Source: Hyalangium minutum
Lineage (GTDB): Bacteria > Myxococcota > Myxococcia > Myxococcales > Myxococcaceae
Direction: 5' to 3'
Assembly (NCBI RefSeq): GCF_000737315.1
Contig: NZ_JMCB01000024.1
Location: forward strand, 92,604 to 156,603
DNA length: 64,000 bases
The notes below the pieces were generated by a model. It was not told the origin of the DNA, made no database searches, and saw nothing but the letters and a program-made list of their open reading frames with translations. Position 1 is the stretch's first letter, and every line of letters starts with the position of its first letter. This document shows positions 47,757 to 57,700 of the stretch, one piece after another. The position numbers and the translations under genes are program-made.

Positions 47757-48455
47757 ATGATCTTCCGCCAGCTGTTCGATGCCGAGTCCTCGACGTACAC
47801 CTACTTGATTGCCGACCCCGCCTCCCGGCAGGCCCTCTTGATCGATCCCGTGCTCGAGCAGACCGAGCGCGACCTCACCCTGGTGCAGGAGCTGGGACTG
47901 AAGCTCACGCACGTGATGGAGACGCACGTGCACGCTGACCACGTCACGGCTTCGGGCCAGCTGCGCGAGCGGACCCGTTGCCAGGTGGTGGCCGGCGCGG
48001 GCGGTGCCTCCTGCGCGAACGTCCACGCGAAGCACGGTGACGAGGTCCACGTGGGCGCGCTCACCTTCCAGGTGCTCGCGACGCCGGGCCACACGGACGA
48101 CAGCGTGAGCTACCTGCTGGGTGACCGGGTCTTCACCGGAGACGCGCTCCTGGTGCGAGGCACCGGCCGCACCGACTTCCAGAACGGCAATGCGGGGCAG
48201 CTCTACGATTCCATCACCCAGGTGCTCTTCGCCCTGCCGGACGAGACGCTCGTGTACCCCGGCCACGACTACAAGGGCCGCACGGTGACGAGCATCGACG
48301 AGGAGAAGCGCTTCAACCCACGGCTGGCCGGTAAGGACCGCGCTGCCTTCATCCAGCTCATGGACGGGCTGAACCTCGCGCCTCCGAAGATGATCGACAT
48401 CGCCGTGCCCGCCAACCGCGCCTGCGGCCTCACTTCCTCGGCTCCTCAGGCCTGA
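47757..48455 (+). CDS. pdo: Persulfide dioxygenase (ETHE1-like)
   Basis: MIFRQLFD, ETHVHADHVT, TPGHT, GTGRTDFQ, PGHDY, ANRACG. Confidence 0.92.
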   Translation: MIFRQLFDAESSTYTYLIADPASRQALLIDPVLEQTERDLTLVQELGLKLTHVMETHVHADHVTASGQLRERTRCQVVAGAGGASCANVHAKHGDEVHVGALTFQVLATPGHTDDSVSYLLGDRVFTGDALLVRGTGRTDFQNGNAGQLYDSITQVLFALPDETLVYPGHDYKGRTVTSIDEEKRFNPRLAGKDRAAFIQLMDGLNLAPPKMIDIAVPANRACGLTSSAPQA

Positions 48456-48510
48456 GCCGCCGTACCACCCTCGCTGTCCCGCTCCTGCAAGAGGGGCTGA
48501 GGAGGCTGCC

Positions 48511-49113
48511 ATGTCTTCCACCTGGATCTACCCTATCCGTCCACAGGAACTGGGAACCCTACCGCCCTCGGCCCGCCGCATCGACGTGCGGGAGCCGGCG
48601 GAGTTCGACGGACTCCTCGGGCGCCTGCCAGGCTCCGAGCTGGTCCCGCTGGCCACCCTGCTGGATGCCACCGTTCCATGGCCTCGCGACGTGCCACTGC
48701 TGCTCATCTGCCGCTCGGGTGCGCGCTCCATGAAAGCGGCGCGGTTGCTGGCGGAGCAGGGCTTCACCTCGCTCTACAATCTGGAGGGAGGGATGCTCGC
48801 GGTAAACGAGGCGGGGCTCACCGTGGAAGGCCCCGGTGTGCCCCCCCGCGTCAGCGCGGGCCACGCCCGGGACGCCTTGTGCGTCGCGACGCGCGAGCTC
48901 TATGGGGCGCTCCCCTCTCCTCCGTGTGAGAGCCTGTTCGAGAAGCTGTCTGCCTTCTCCCATCCGGAACGTGCGTCGCTGTTCCAGGCCATCGAGCGAC
49001 TGGGTTCGAGGGCCCGCGCGGATGGGCTCCCCGAGGAGGCCATCGATCGCACGCTGCGCCGGATGCGGGATCTGATTTCGCTCCTCGAGCACCGTGAGGT
49101 ACCGCCCTCATGA
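48511..49113 (+). CDS. Rhodanese-domain protein with C-terminal helical extension
   Basis: IDVREPAEF, ICRSGARS, NLEGGM. Confidence 0.88.
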   Translation: MSSTWIYPIRPQELGTLPPSARRIDVREPAEFDGLLGRLPGSELVPLATLLDATVPWPRDVPLLLICRSGARSMKAARLLAEQGFTSLYNLEGGMLAVNEAGLTVEGPGVPPRVSAGHARDALCVATRELYGALPSPPCESLFEKLSAFSHPERASLFQAIERLGSRARADGLPEEAIDRTLRRMRDLISLLEHREVPPS

Positions 49114-50039
49114 GCCTGCTCGTGCTGGGCGCCGCGCTCTCGCTGGTGGCCGGCCTCTCCCTGGGACTGCTCGGAGGAGGAGGCTCTATCCTGACGGTGC
49201 CCATTCTCGTCTACGTGCTCGGTGTGGATCCGCGCGGAGCCATCGCCACCTCCCTGGTGGTGGTAGGGGTGACGAGCGCGGCCGGCATGCTCTCGCATGC
49301 CCGAGCGGGCCGCGTGGAATGGCGGACGGGGCTGCTCTTCGGCGCGGCAGGCATGCTGGGCGCGGCGGGGGGTGGACGGCTTGGAAAGTTCGTCCCTCCC
49401 TCGCTGCTGTTGGTGGCCTTCGCGGGCATGGTGCTCGCCACGGCCATCGCCATGCTGCGCCGGCGCCCGGTCCTCGCCCTCTCTTCCGAAGCCCCCGCTC
49501 GGCGGCGCCTGTCCGCCGTGCTGCGCAACGGCTTCGGCGTCGGCCTGCTGACAGGGCTGGTGGGCGCTGGAGGCGGCTTCATGGTGGTGCCCGCGCTGGC
49601 CCTCTTTGGAGGACTGGCCATGCCGCAGGCAGTGGCCACCTCGCTGCTCGTCATCGCGCTCAACTCCGCCTCGGGACTGCTCAGCGCGGCCCTGGCCGGT
49701 GCGCCTGTGGACTGGGCGCTTGCGGGCGGCATGTCCGTGGCCTCCATCCTCGGCTCGCTGCTCGGCGCACGGCTGGGCCGGGGACTCTCTCCCGAACTCC
49801 TACGCCGAGGCTTTGCCTTCTTCATCGTGGCGCTCGGCGTGTTCATCCTCGTGCGCGAGCTGTCCAGCCTGTTCCATCTCCCGTCCACGCGCGCCGCCGC
49901 GCTGGCCGGTGGACTCTCGGTGGCAGTGCTCGCCCTGGCGGGACTGCCATCCGTGCTCAAGCGCTGGCTGCGCGCCCAGCGCTCCGAGCCCCCTGTTCCT
50001 CCCGAGCGCGTCGTTGACAGCTCCACGACTTCGCCCTGA
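49110..50039 (+). CDS. tauE: Sulfite exporter TauE/SafE family
   Basis: [12 protein letters not shown] and [12 protein letters not shown] repeats, ATSL. Confidence 0.9.
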   Translation: MSLLVLGAALSLVAGLSLGLLGGGGSILTVPILVYVLGVDPRGAIATSLVVVGVTSAAGMLSHARAGRVEWRTGLLFGAAGMLGAAGGGRLGKFVPPSLLLVAFAGMVLATAIAMLRRRPVLALSSEAPARRRLSAVLRNGFGVGLLTGLVGAGGGFMVVPALALFGGLAMPQAVATSLLVIALNSASGLLSAALAGAPVDWALAGGMSVASILGSLLGARLGRGLSPELLRRGFAFFIVALGVFILVRELSSLFHLPSTRAAALAGGLSVAVLALAGLPSVLKRWLRAQRSEPPVPPERVVDSSTTSP

Positions 50040-50048
50040 GGTTCTCCC

Positions 50049-50477
50049 ATGCACCCCTTCCTCGTTGCCCTCGTGGGCGGAGCGCTCATCGGACTGAGTG
50101 CCTCGCTCCTCCTGCTCTTCAACGGACGCATCGCCGGGATCAGCGGGATTGCCGGCGGCCTCCTCTCCCAGCGCACCCGCGCCGAGCTGGCATGGCGCAT
50201 CACCTTCCTCCTGGGGCTCGTGGGCGGAGGCTTCGTGCTGCGCCTGCTCTGGCCTCAGGTGCTCGGGGCGCCCGTCGTGACAGGGCCGGCCTGGGTGGCC
50301 GCCGCAGGGCTCCTGGTAGGCTTCGGCACCCGCCTCGGCAACGGCTGCACCAGCGGCCATGGCGTGTGTGGCATCTCCCGAGGTGCCCGGCGCTCGATCG
50401 CGGCGACGCTGACCTTCATGGCCACCGGCGCCGCCACCGTCTTCCTGGTGCGCCATGTCCTTGGAGGTGAGTCATGA
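50049..50477 (+). CDS. YeeE/YedE sulfur transporter subunit
   Basis: [20 protein letters not shown]. Confidence 0.9.
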   Translation: MHPFLVALVGGALIGLSASLLLLFNGRIAGISGIAGGLLSQRTRAELAWRITFLLGLVGGGFVLRLLWPQVLGAPVVTGPAWVAAAGLLVGFGTRLGNGCTSGHGVCGISRGARRSIAATLTFMATGAATVFLVRHVLGGES

Positions 50478-50929
50478 GCGCGCTGTGGACCGCGGGTGTG
50501 GCCGGCCTGCTCTTCGCGTTCGGGCTCGGCCTGGGAGGGATGACAGACCCGGCCCGAGTACAGGGTTTCCTGGACGTCACCGGGAGCTGGAATCCCACCC
50601 TGGCCTTCGTGATGGGCGGAGCGCTGGCCGTGCACGCCCCGCTCTCCTGGCTCATCCGCCGCCGGAAGACTCCTGTGCTGGCTCCCGCCTTCCCGAATGT
50701 CTCCCACACTCAGCTCGACCGGCGACTGCTCGGCGGGGCCGCACTGTTCGGGGTGGGCTGGGGGCTCTCGGGCTACTGCCCGGGCCCCGTCCTGGTCTCG
50801 CTTGCCGGGGGGACGGGCACGGTGCTGCTCTTCGTCGCCTCCATGTTCGCCGGCATGTGGCTCTTCGGGTGGTGGGAGCGCTCGCGAGCCACTGCCCCCC
50901 AGCCTCAGGGCGATCTCAGCTCTTCTTGA
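50474..50929 (+). CDS. YeeE/YedE partner subunit
   Basis: [33 protein letters not shown]. Confidence 0.9.
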   Translation: MSALWTAGVAGLLFAFGLGLGGMTDPARVQGFLDVTGSWNPTLAFVMGGALAVHAPLSWLIRRRKTPVLAPAFPNVSHTQLDRRLLGGAALFGVGWGLSGYCPGPVLVSLAGGTGTVLLFVASMFAGMWLFGWWERSRATAPQPQGDLSSS

Positions 50930-52055
50930 AGTCGCGCGCCATCCGGACGAGCCGCTCGAGTTCCTCCGGACGGTTGTAGAAGTGCGGAGACACACGCAGG
51001 CGGCCCCGGCGCAGCGAGAGCGACACGTTCCGCTCGGACAGCCAGACATACAGCGCCCGGGGATCCTCCGCGCCCGGCAGGAACGTGAGGATGCCCGCAC
51101 GGTGCTCGGGTGCGGGCCCCGTGTCCCAGCCCAGTGCCTTCAGCTCCCCGTCCAGCAACGTCAGCAGCTCGCGGATGCGGGCCGCGATGCGCTCGGCGCC
51201 CACCTCCAGCAGCAGCTCCAGCGCCGCCGAGAGCGCATAGACGCCCGTGTACGCCTGGCTGCCCTCCTCCAGCTTCAGCGCGTCCGAGCGCAGCTCGAAG
51301 TGCGCGCGGTGGAAGTTCCACGCGTCCGTGGTGCTGCGCCACCCCACCAGCACCGGCCGCAGTCGGGGCAGCACCTCGCGCGCCACGTACAGGAAGCCCG
51401 CGCCAGAGATGCCCAGCATCCACTTGTGGCTGTCCGCGCTGAGGAAGTGAATCTTGCAGCGCTTCACGTCCACCGGCACGCATCCCACGCTCTGGATGCC
51501 GTCCACGCACAGCAGCACCCCAGCGCGCTCGCACAGCGTCCCCACCGCCTCCAGGTCCGTCTGGTAGCCGCTCGCGTACTGCACCGAGCTGACCGCCACC
51601 AGCCGCGTGCGCGGCGTCAGGGCCGCGGCCACCGCCTCCGGCGTCACCCCGCCCTCGGTCGCGGCAATCTCCCGCACCTCCACGCCGCGATCCTTCAGGT
51701 GCAGCCACGGGTAGACGTTGGAGGGGTACTCGAGCGACGTGGCCACCGCCACCTCGTCCCCCGGCCGCCAGTCGAGCCCCTCGGCCACCAGCCCCAGCCC
51801 GTGGCTGGTGTTGCGCACGAAGGCAATCTCCTCCGGCGCCGCGTTGATCAGCCGCGCCGCCAGCTTCCGGGTGTGCTCGGTGTGAGCCTCCCACTGGCGC
51901 TCGTGCTTCACGCCGTACTGCACCACATCGTCCATCCACTCGCGCACGGCCGCTGCCGCACGCAGGCTCGTGGGAGATACCCCCGCGTGGTTGAAGTACA
52001 GCTGCTTCTCCAGGACGGGGAACTCGGCGCGGTAGGAATCGAGGGAGGGGCTCAC
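50916..52055 (-). CDS. Class V PLP aminotransferase / cysteine desulfurase-like
   Basis: YFNHAG, RNTSHG, VDGIQ, SHKW PLP lysine, RVSPHFYN. Confidence 0.88.
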   Translation of the reverse strand: MSPSLDSYRAEFPVLEKQLYFNHAGVSPTSLRAAAAVREWMDDVVQYGVKHERQWEAHTEHTRKLAARLINAAPEEIAFVRNTSHGLGLVAEGLDWRPGDEVAVATSLEYPSNVYPWLHLKDRGVEVREIAATEGGVTPEAVAAALTPRTRLVAVSSVQYASGYQTDLEAVGTLCERAGVLLCVDGIQSVGCVPVDVKRCKIHFLSADSHKWMLGISGAGFLYVAREVLPRLRPVLVGWRSTTDAWNFHRAHFELRSDALKLEEGSQAYTGVYALSAALELLLEVGAERIAARIRELLTLLDGELKALGWDTGPAPEHRAGILTFLPGAEDPRALYVWLSERNVSLSLRRGRLRVSPHFYNRPEELERLVRMARDFKKS

Positions 52056-54541
52056 CGAGCCAGTCTAGCGGTCCGCCGCCGAGCCCACAGGGGCAACAGC
52101 GCCAGCACCAGCCAGAAGACACTCGCGCTGGCCGAGCCGGACTGGCAGCCACATCCTCCCGGCTGCTCCAGCACGGTCACGGGGAAGGTGCAGCTCACCT
52201 CGTTGCCGCCGATGTCGCGCGCCGTGGCGGTCACCACCGTCTCTCCCACAGGGAAGGTGCTGCCCGGCTCCTGCGAGTAGGTCACCGTGGGTGGGGTGAA
52301 CTGGTCCTTCGCCGTCGCATCGGGGAAGAGCACCGCCGCGCCTTCGTCGCTCGTGGCCACCACCTGCTGCGGCCCTGGGCAGATGATGGAAGGAGCGACC
52401 GTGTCCTGGTTGTACACGGTGAAGGAGCAGCTTGACGTGTTGTTCGAGGCGTCCACCGCGGTGAGGGTGACGGTGGTCACCCCCACGTTGAACAAGCTCC
52501 CCGAGACGCGATCCGTGAGCACCTCCTTCACGCCCACCGTGTCCTCCACCACGGGTGGCGGATAGGAGATGGGAACAGGATCGGCGCTCATGGCCACGCG
52601 CACCACGGGCTGCGGACAGGAGATCCGGGGTGGCACGGTGTCCTTCACGAGGACCTTGAAGGTGCACATCCCGGTGTTGCCCCGTGCGTCCGTCGCCGTG
52701 GCGGTGATCTCCTCCTCCCGTCCCAGTTGGAAGACGGAGCCAGAGGGGCGGCTGAAGCCCACCGAGGGCGACGCGGTGACGGCATCCAGCGCCTTCACGG
52801 GGAAGAAGACACTCGTGCCATCCGGTCCCGCCGCCTCCTGCACCAACCGCTGCGGGCACACCAGCGCGGGCGGTGTCGTGTCCTCCACGGTCACGTTGAC
52901 CGGGCACTCCGCGGGGTTGCCGGCCGCATCCCTCACGGTGATCTCCACGGACGTCATGCCGATCGGGAAGGGTTCGGAGCTTTGAGCTGGATCGTACGTC
53001 ACCGTGAGCGGCGTGAACGAGTCATCCTCGCTGAGCAGCTTCGGAACCGGGAGGAAGAGGGAGGCTCCACTCGAGCTGAGCGCCTCGACGCGCAGGTTGC
53101 CGGGACACGCCACCTGCGGGGGCTGACAGTCCACCTGATTCAGCGGGAGCGCGAAGAGCTCCTGGCCCTCGGCGGGATACGTGGCCGCGAAGAAGACCAT
53201 GCCGCCCGCAAGCGTCATCTCCGTCGGATTCGAGCTGCCGCTCATCGGGACGATGTCCGTCAGCTGCTCCGCGCCAGCCCGGTTCACCTTCCACAGCTCC
53301 TGGCCCACGCGGTTGTCGTTGATGGCCACCAGCAGCACCCCAGGACCGACGGCCAGCTCCTCGCCCCCGGGCGGGTTGCTCGAGCCGTTGACAAAATCCT
53401 TCGCCAGCACCGTCCCCGCGCTCGTCCCATCCGTCTTCCAGAGCTCGCGGCCCGATTGGCCGTCGTTCGCCATGAAGAACAGCGTTCCGCCCACCGCCGT
53501 GAGCTTCTCGGGAGAGGCGTTCCCTCCCCCCGCCTGGAGCTCCCGGACAAGCTGCGTGCCCCCCACCGTCCCATCGCTCTTCCACAGCTCGTCACCGTGC
53601 TCGGTGTTGGACATGTGGAAGAAGAGCGTGTCGCCCACGGCGGTGAGCTCTTGCGGCGGCATGTGGCCGTTGCCCAACCACGCATCGCTCGCGAAGATCC
53701 GCAGGCCCGCCCCATCCAGGGTCCAGATCTCCTTCCCGCCTCCCGAGGTCGCGGTGAAGAAGAGCTTGCTGCCACCCATGACCGTCAGCGAGTCGGGATC
53801 GCTGGAGCCTGTCCCAGGCAGGATGTCCGCCACCAACTGAGTGCCCGAACCGTTCGGCACACCATCGCTCTTCCACAGCTCGATGCCATGAGCGCCGGGG
53901 GAAGAGCCGTCATCCGCCTTGAAGTACAGCGTGTTGCCCACCACCGTCAGCTGTGACGGATAGGAGTCCAGCGGTCCCGGGTGGATGTCCTTGACGAGCT
54001 GCGTGCCCGCCGCGGTTCCATTGCTCTTCCACAACTCGAAGCCCGCAGCGCTCGTGCTCGCCACGAAGAACAGCGTGCGGCCCATGACGGCGGCATCGTT
54101 CTCTTCGAAAGTAATGACGTTGTCGAAGGCCGCGATCTGCGTGGTGTTCGCACTCGTCCCATCGGAGGTCCACAGCGAGACGCGGACGCCCTCGTTCAAG
54201 AAGAAGTACAGCACGCCATCGGCGGCGATGAGCCGGTCAAGGATCAAGCTCCCCGGCCACGAGCGCAGCTGCGTGGGCACCACGGTGTTGTTCGTCTGCT
54301 CGGCCTTCCACAGCGCCGTACCGCCGACCGGATCGCGAGAGGCGAAGAAGAGGGTGGAGCCCACCACCGCCAGTTCCTCCACCTCGGAGCCCAGCTTCGC
54401 GAAGTTCGTCACCCGGATGGGCGCCGGCGAGCACGACGCCAGGCGGGGCTCGGCCACCGAGGCCGCTGCTCCCAGCACCGGCGACAGCAGCACCAGAAGG
54501 AGCAACGGCAGCAAGGACGCGGCGCGCGGGTGAACCCTCAT
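52052..54541 (-). CDS. ELWxxDGT-repeat surface protein with 4 HYR domains and MYXO-CTERM
   Basis: Repeated ELWKSDG/ELWKTDGT; four D..PP.I.CP HYR units; tail GGCGCQSG...LLPLWARRR. Confidence 0.9.
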   Translation of the reverse strand: MRVHPRAASLLPLLLLVLLSPVLGAAASVAEPRLASCSPAPIRVTNFAKLGSEVEELAVVGSTLFFASRDPVGGTALWKAEQTNNTVVPTQLRSWPGSLILDRLIAADGVLYFFLNEGVRVSLWTSDGTSANTTQIAAFDNVITFEENDAAVMGRTLFFVASTSAAGFELWKSNGTAAGTQLVKDIHPGPLDSYPSQLTVVGNTLYFKADDGSSPGAHGIELWKSDGVPNGSGTQLVADILPGTGSSDPDSLTVMGGSKLFFTATSGGGKEIWTLDGAGLRIFASDAWLGNGHMPPQELTAVGDTLFFHMSNTEHGDELWKSDGTVGGTQLVRELQAGGGNASPEKLTAVGGTLFFMANDGQSGRELWKTDGTSAGTVLAKDFVNGSSNPPGGEELAVGPGVLLVAINDNRVGQELWKVNRAGAEQLTDIVPMSGSSNPTEMTLAGGMVFFAATYPAEGQELFALPLNQVDCQPPQVACPGNLRVEALSSSGASLFLPVPKLLSEDDSFTPLTVTYDPAQSSEPFPIGMTSVEITVRDAAGNPAECPVNVTVEDTTPPALVCPQRLVQEAAGPDGTSVFFPVKALDAVTASPSVGFSRPSGSVFQLGREEEITATATDARGNTGMCTFKVLVKDTVPPRISCPQPVVRVAMSADPVPISYPPPVVEDTVGVKEVLTDRVSGSLFNVGVTTVTLTAVDASNNTSSCSFTVYNQDTVAPSIICPGPQQVVATSDEGAAVLFPDATAKDQFTPPTVTYSQEPGSTFPVGETVVTATARDIGGNEVSCTFPVTVLEQPGGCGCQSGSASASVFWLVLALLPLWARRRTARLAR

Positions 54542-54661
54542 GGTTGCGCTCTTCTCCTGGGTAGTGCCCCCACCCGCTTCCTGTGTATCGCACTCGCCCG
54601 CGCAGCGGGAGCCCTGACGGGTAAGACGCCCCCAGCGCCTTCAAGCGTCCTGGAAAAATAC

Positions 54662-54695
54662 GACGGCCGGCGCCCCCTGAGGGACACCGGCCGTC
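54662..54695 (-). terminator. Hairpin downstream of the giant protein
   Basis: GACGGCCGG...CCGGCCGTC inverted repeat. Confidence 0.55.
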
Positions 54696-54719
54696 TAGCA
54701 CTTCACACCTTGCGGCGGC

Positions 54720-57700
54720 TTAGCGGCGCGCGGTGATGTCCGTGCCGCTCTGGAGCGCCGACGGAGCCGGGTCGTTCGCGTTGACCGGCACGTAGACCTT
54801 GCACGTGCCGTTCACGAAGTTGCCCGACGCGTCGTAGTTCCTCCAGGTCGCCGTGTACACGCGCTGCGTGTTGTTCGTGTTGCGCTTGGCCTTCACGTAG
54901 AACGTGCCGCTGTCCGGGTCGAACTGGATGTCGCCCGCGTCGCCGTTGGCCGCCGGCTCGTTGCTGACCACGTTCATCTGGCGCACGTCCATGATGTCCA
55001 TGTAGCCCTCGCAGCGATCCCAGGCCAGGCCGCACTCGGTCAGGTCCACCCGGCGCATGCTCAGATCGGCCGGGAACACCTTGATGGGCGGGTTCATCTT
55101 CAGCTTCGGCGCCTGGTTGTCGATGACCTGCACCGTGCGGGTGATCGGCATCGCCCAGTTAAAGGCGCCGTCGCGCACCTGGTACTCGACCTGGTAGCGG
55201 CCGGGCGACTGCTTGTCGACGGTGCTGAACGTCTGCACCAGCGGCGTCACGTCGCCGTAGCACTGGTCATCACCCGTGGCACCCTGGTCGATGTACGGGT
55301 TCGGGTCCACGTCCACCTCTTCGTCGCTGTCCGTGGGATCGTCCGTCGGGAAGAAGCACTGCGTCTGGACCGTCTCCGCACCGTTCAGGATGAGGACCGG
55401 AGGCAGCGTGTCCTGCACGTAGACGGACAGGATGCGCTGCTGGATGTTGTAGCTCTGGTCCCACGCCATGTACTGCACGTAGTAGAGACCCTCGACCTCC
55501 GTCGTCGGGCCAGGCCCGAAGTCATCCGGATCCTCGGAGCCCGGGATGCCGTCGCCGTCGTCGTCACCCGAGTTGTACGAGTGAACCTGGAGCACGCCCT
55601 CGCACGTGTCCGTGGCGCTGGCGCCCGGGTTGCTCCACACGTTGCCGATCGCGTGGCCCGTGCACTCGTAGTACATCACCTCGGGGCCGTTGACGGAGAG
55701 CTCCGGGAGCGTGGTGTCCACCACCGAGAAGTGACGCAGGTCCGTGCCGACCGTGGTGTTACCCGCCGGATCCGTGGCCGTGTACGTCACGTTGTACTCG
55801 CCCGGCACGTGGGGCAGCTGGGCCGGAGAGGCCGTGACCGTGACGTTGCCGTAGCAGGCGTCCGTGGCGACGACACCCAGGTCCGGCTGGCTGCCGCACT
55901 CGATCTCCGAGACCGGCGCGCCCGTCACCGAGAGCACCGGGCCCCGGGTGTCCTGCACGCGCACGTCGCGCTCCAGGGTGACGTAGTGACCGAGGTGATC
56001 GTTCGCCTGGTAGCGGACCTTGTACGGGTCCGTGACGCCAGGGTTGTTGCCGTAGTTGGTCACCATGTTGTTCACGCCGTTGAACTCCAAGAAGACCGTG
56101 TCAGACACGTTGCCCTGGCAGAGGTCGCTCGCCGTGGCGCCCGGGTCGTTGAACGGCGTGGCGCACTCCATGATGAGCGGGTTGGGCCCGTTGAGCGCGA
56201 TGGTGGGCGGCAGGGTGTCGCCCACGTTCACGTTGCGGACCGTCTGGTTGGTGTTGCCGCTGGCATCCGTCGCCGTGTAGCGCACCAGGTAGAACCCAGT
56301 GTGCTCCGTGTCGACGGTACCCGACACCGAGACGGTGGCCTCACCGGAGCAGATGTCCAGACCGGTGGCGCCCAGCTCCGTGTACGTGTCCCTCTTGCAC
56401 TCCAGGGTGACCGCGTTCGAGCCGTTGAGCGTGATGGCCGGCGGCGTGGTGTCGCTGATGTTCACCGTGCGGCTGACCGACGGAGAGACGTTGCCCACCG
56501 TGTCACGCGCCGTGTACGTCAGCGTGTACGTGCCATTGCGGGTCATGTCCACCGAGCCCACGACAGTCACCGGCACCGGACCCACGCACGAGTCGTTCGC
56601 CGTGGCGCCCAGGTCGTTGTACGGGGTGGGCGCGCACTCCAGGCTCTGAACGGCCGGGCCATTCAGCGCGATGGTGGGCGGCAGGTTGTCGTTCATCGTC
56701 ACCGTGCGGGTGACCGGAGACACCGTGGTGTTGCCGGACGGATCCGTCACGCTGTACGTCACGATGAAGTTGGCCGGAGCGTTCGGGTCCGGCGTCTGCG
56801 TGGCCACGATGGCGGACGTCAGGTTGCCCGCGCAGGCGTCCGTGGCGGTGGCGCCCGGATCCGCGTAGGTGCTGCCGCACTCGTAGGTGGTGTTCGTCGG
56901 GCCCGTGACCGTGATGGACGGAGCCAGCGTGTCACGCACCTCGATGGTGCGGCTCACGGACGGGGCGCTGTTACCGGCGCCGTCCGTCACGTTGTAGAAC
57001 AGCGTGTAGTCGCGCGGAGCAACACCCGTGTTCACCGAGCCCGTGACGGTGATGGCGGACGTCAGGTCGCCGAAGCACGCGTCGTTGGCCGTCGCACCCT
57101 GATCCGCGAAGGACGAGCCGCACTCCAGCCGCTGCGTGCCCGGGCCCACCAGGGCCAGCGTCGGCGGCAGGTTGTCGTTCACGTGCACCGTGCGCGTCAC
57201 CGGCGAGGTGACCGTGTTGTTGGACGGGTCCGTCGCCGTGTAGCTGATGGTGAAGGTGCCCGGCTGGTTCGCGTTGCCGTTCTGCGTGGCAGTCACCGGC
57301 ACCGCACCCGCGCACACGTCGCTGGCCGTCGCACCCGGATCCACGTAGGCCGAGCCGCAGTCGAACTGCTGGTCCAGCGCGCCGTTGACCGTGATGACCG
57401 GGGCCTGCGTGTCACGCACCTGCACGTTGCGGGTGAGCGGGCCCGCGGTGTTGCCCGCGCCGTCCGTCACCGAGTAGCTGACCGTGTAGTTGCCCACCGC
57501 CTGGCTGTTGGCCGCGCCGGACACCTGGATCTGCCCGTCCAGGTTGCCCGCGCACGCGTCCGTCGCCGTGGCGCCCGGATCCTGGTAGCCCGGACCGCAC
57601 TCGACCAGCTGGTTGGCCTGGCCGACCAGGGTCAGCTGCGGCGCCAGCGTGTCGTTCACGTTCACCACGCGCTGCGTGTTCGCGGTGAGGCCGGACGGGT

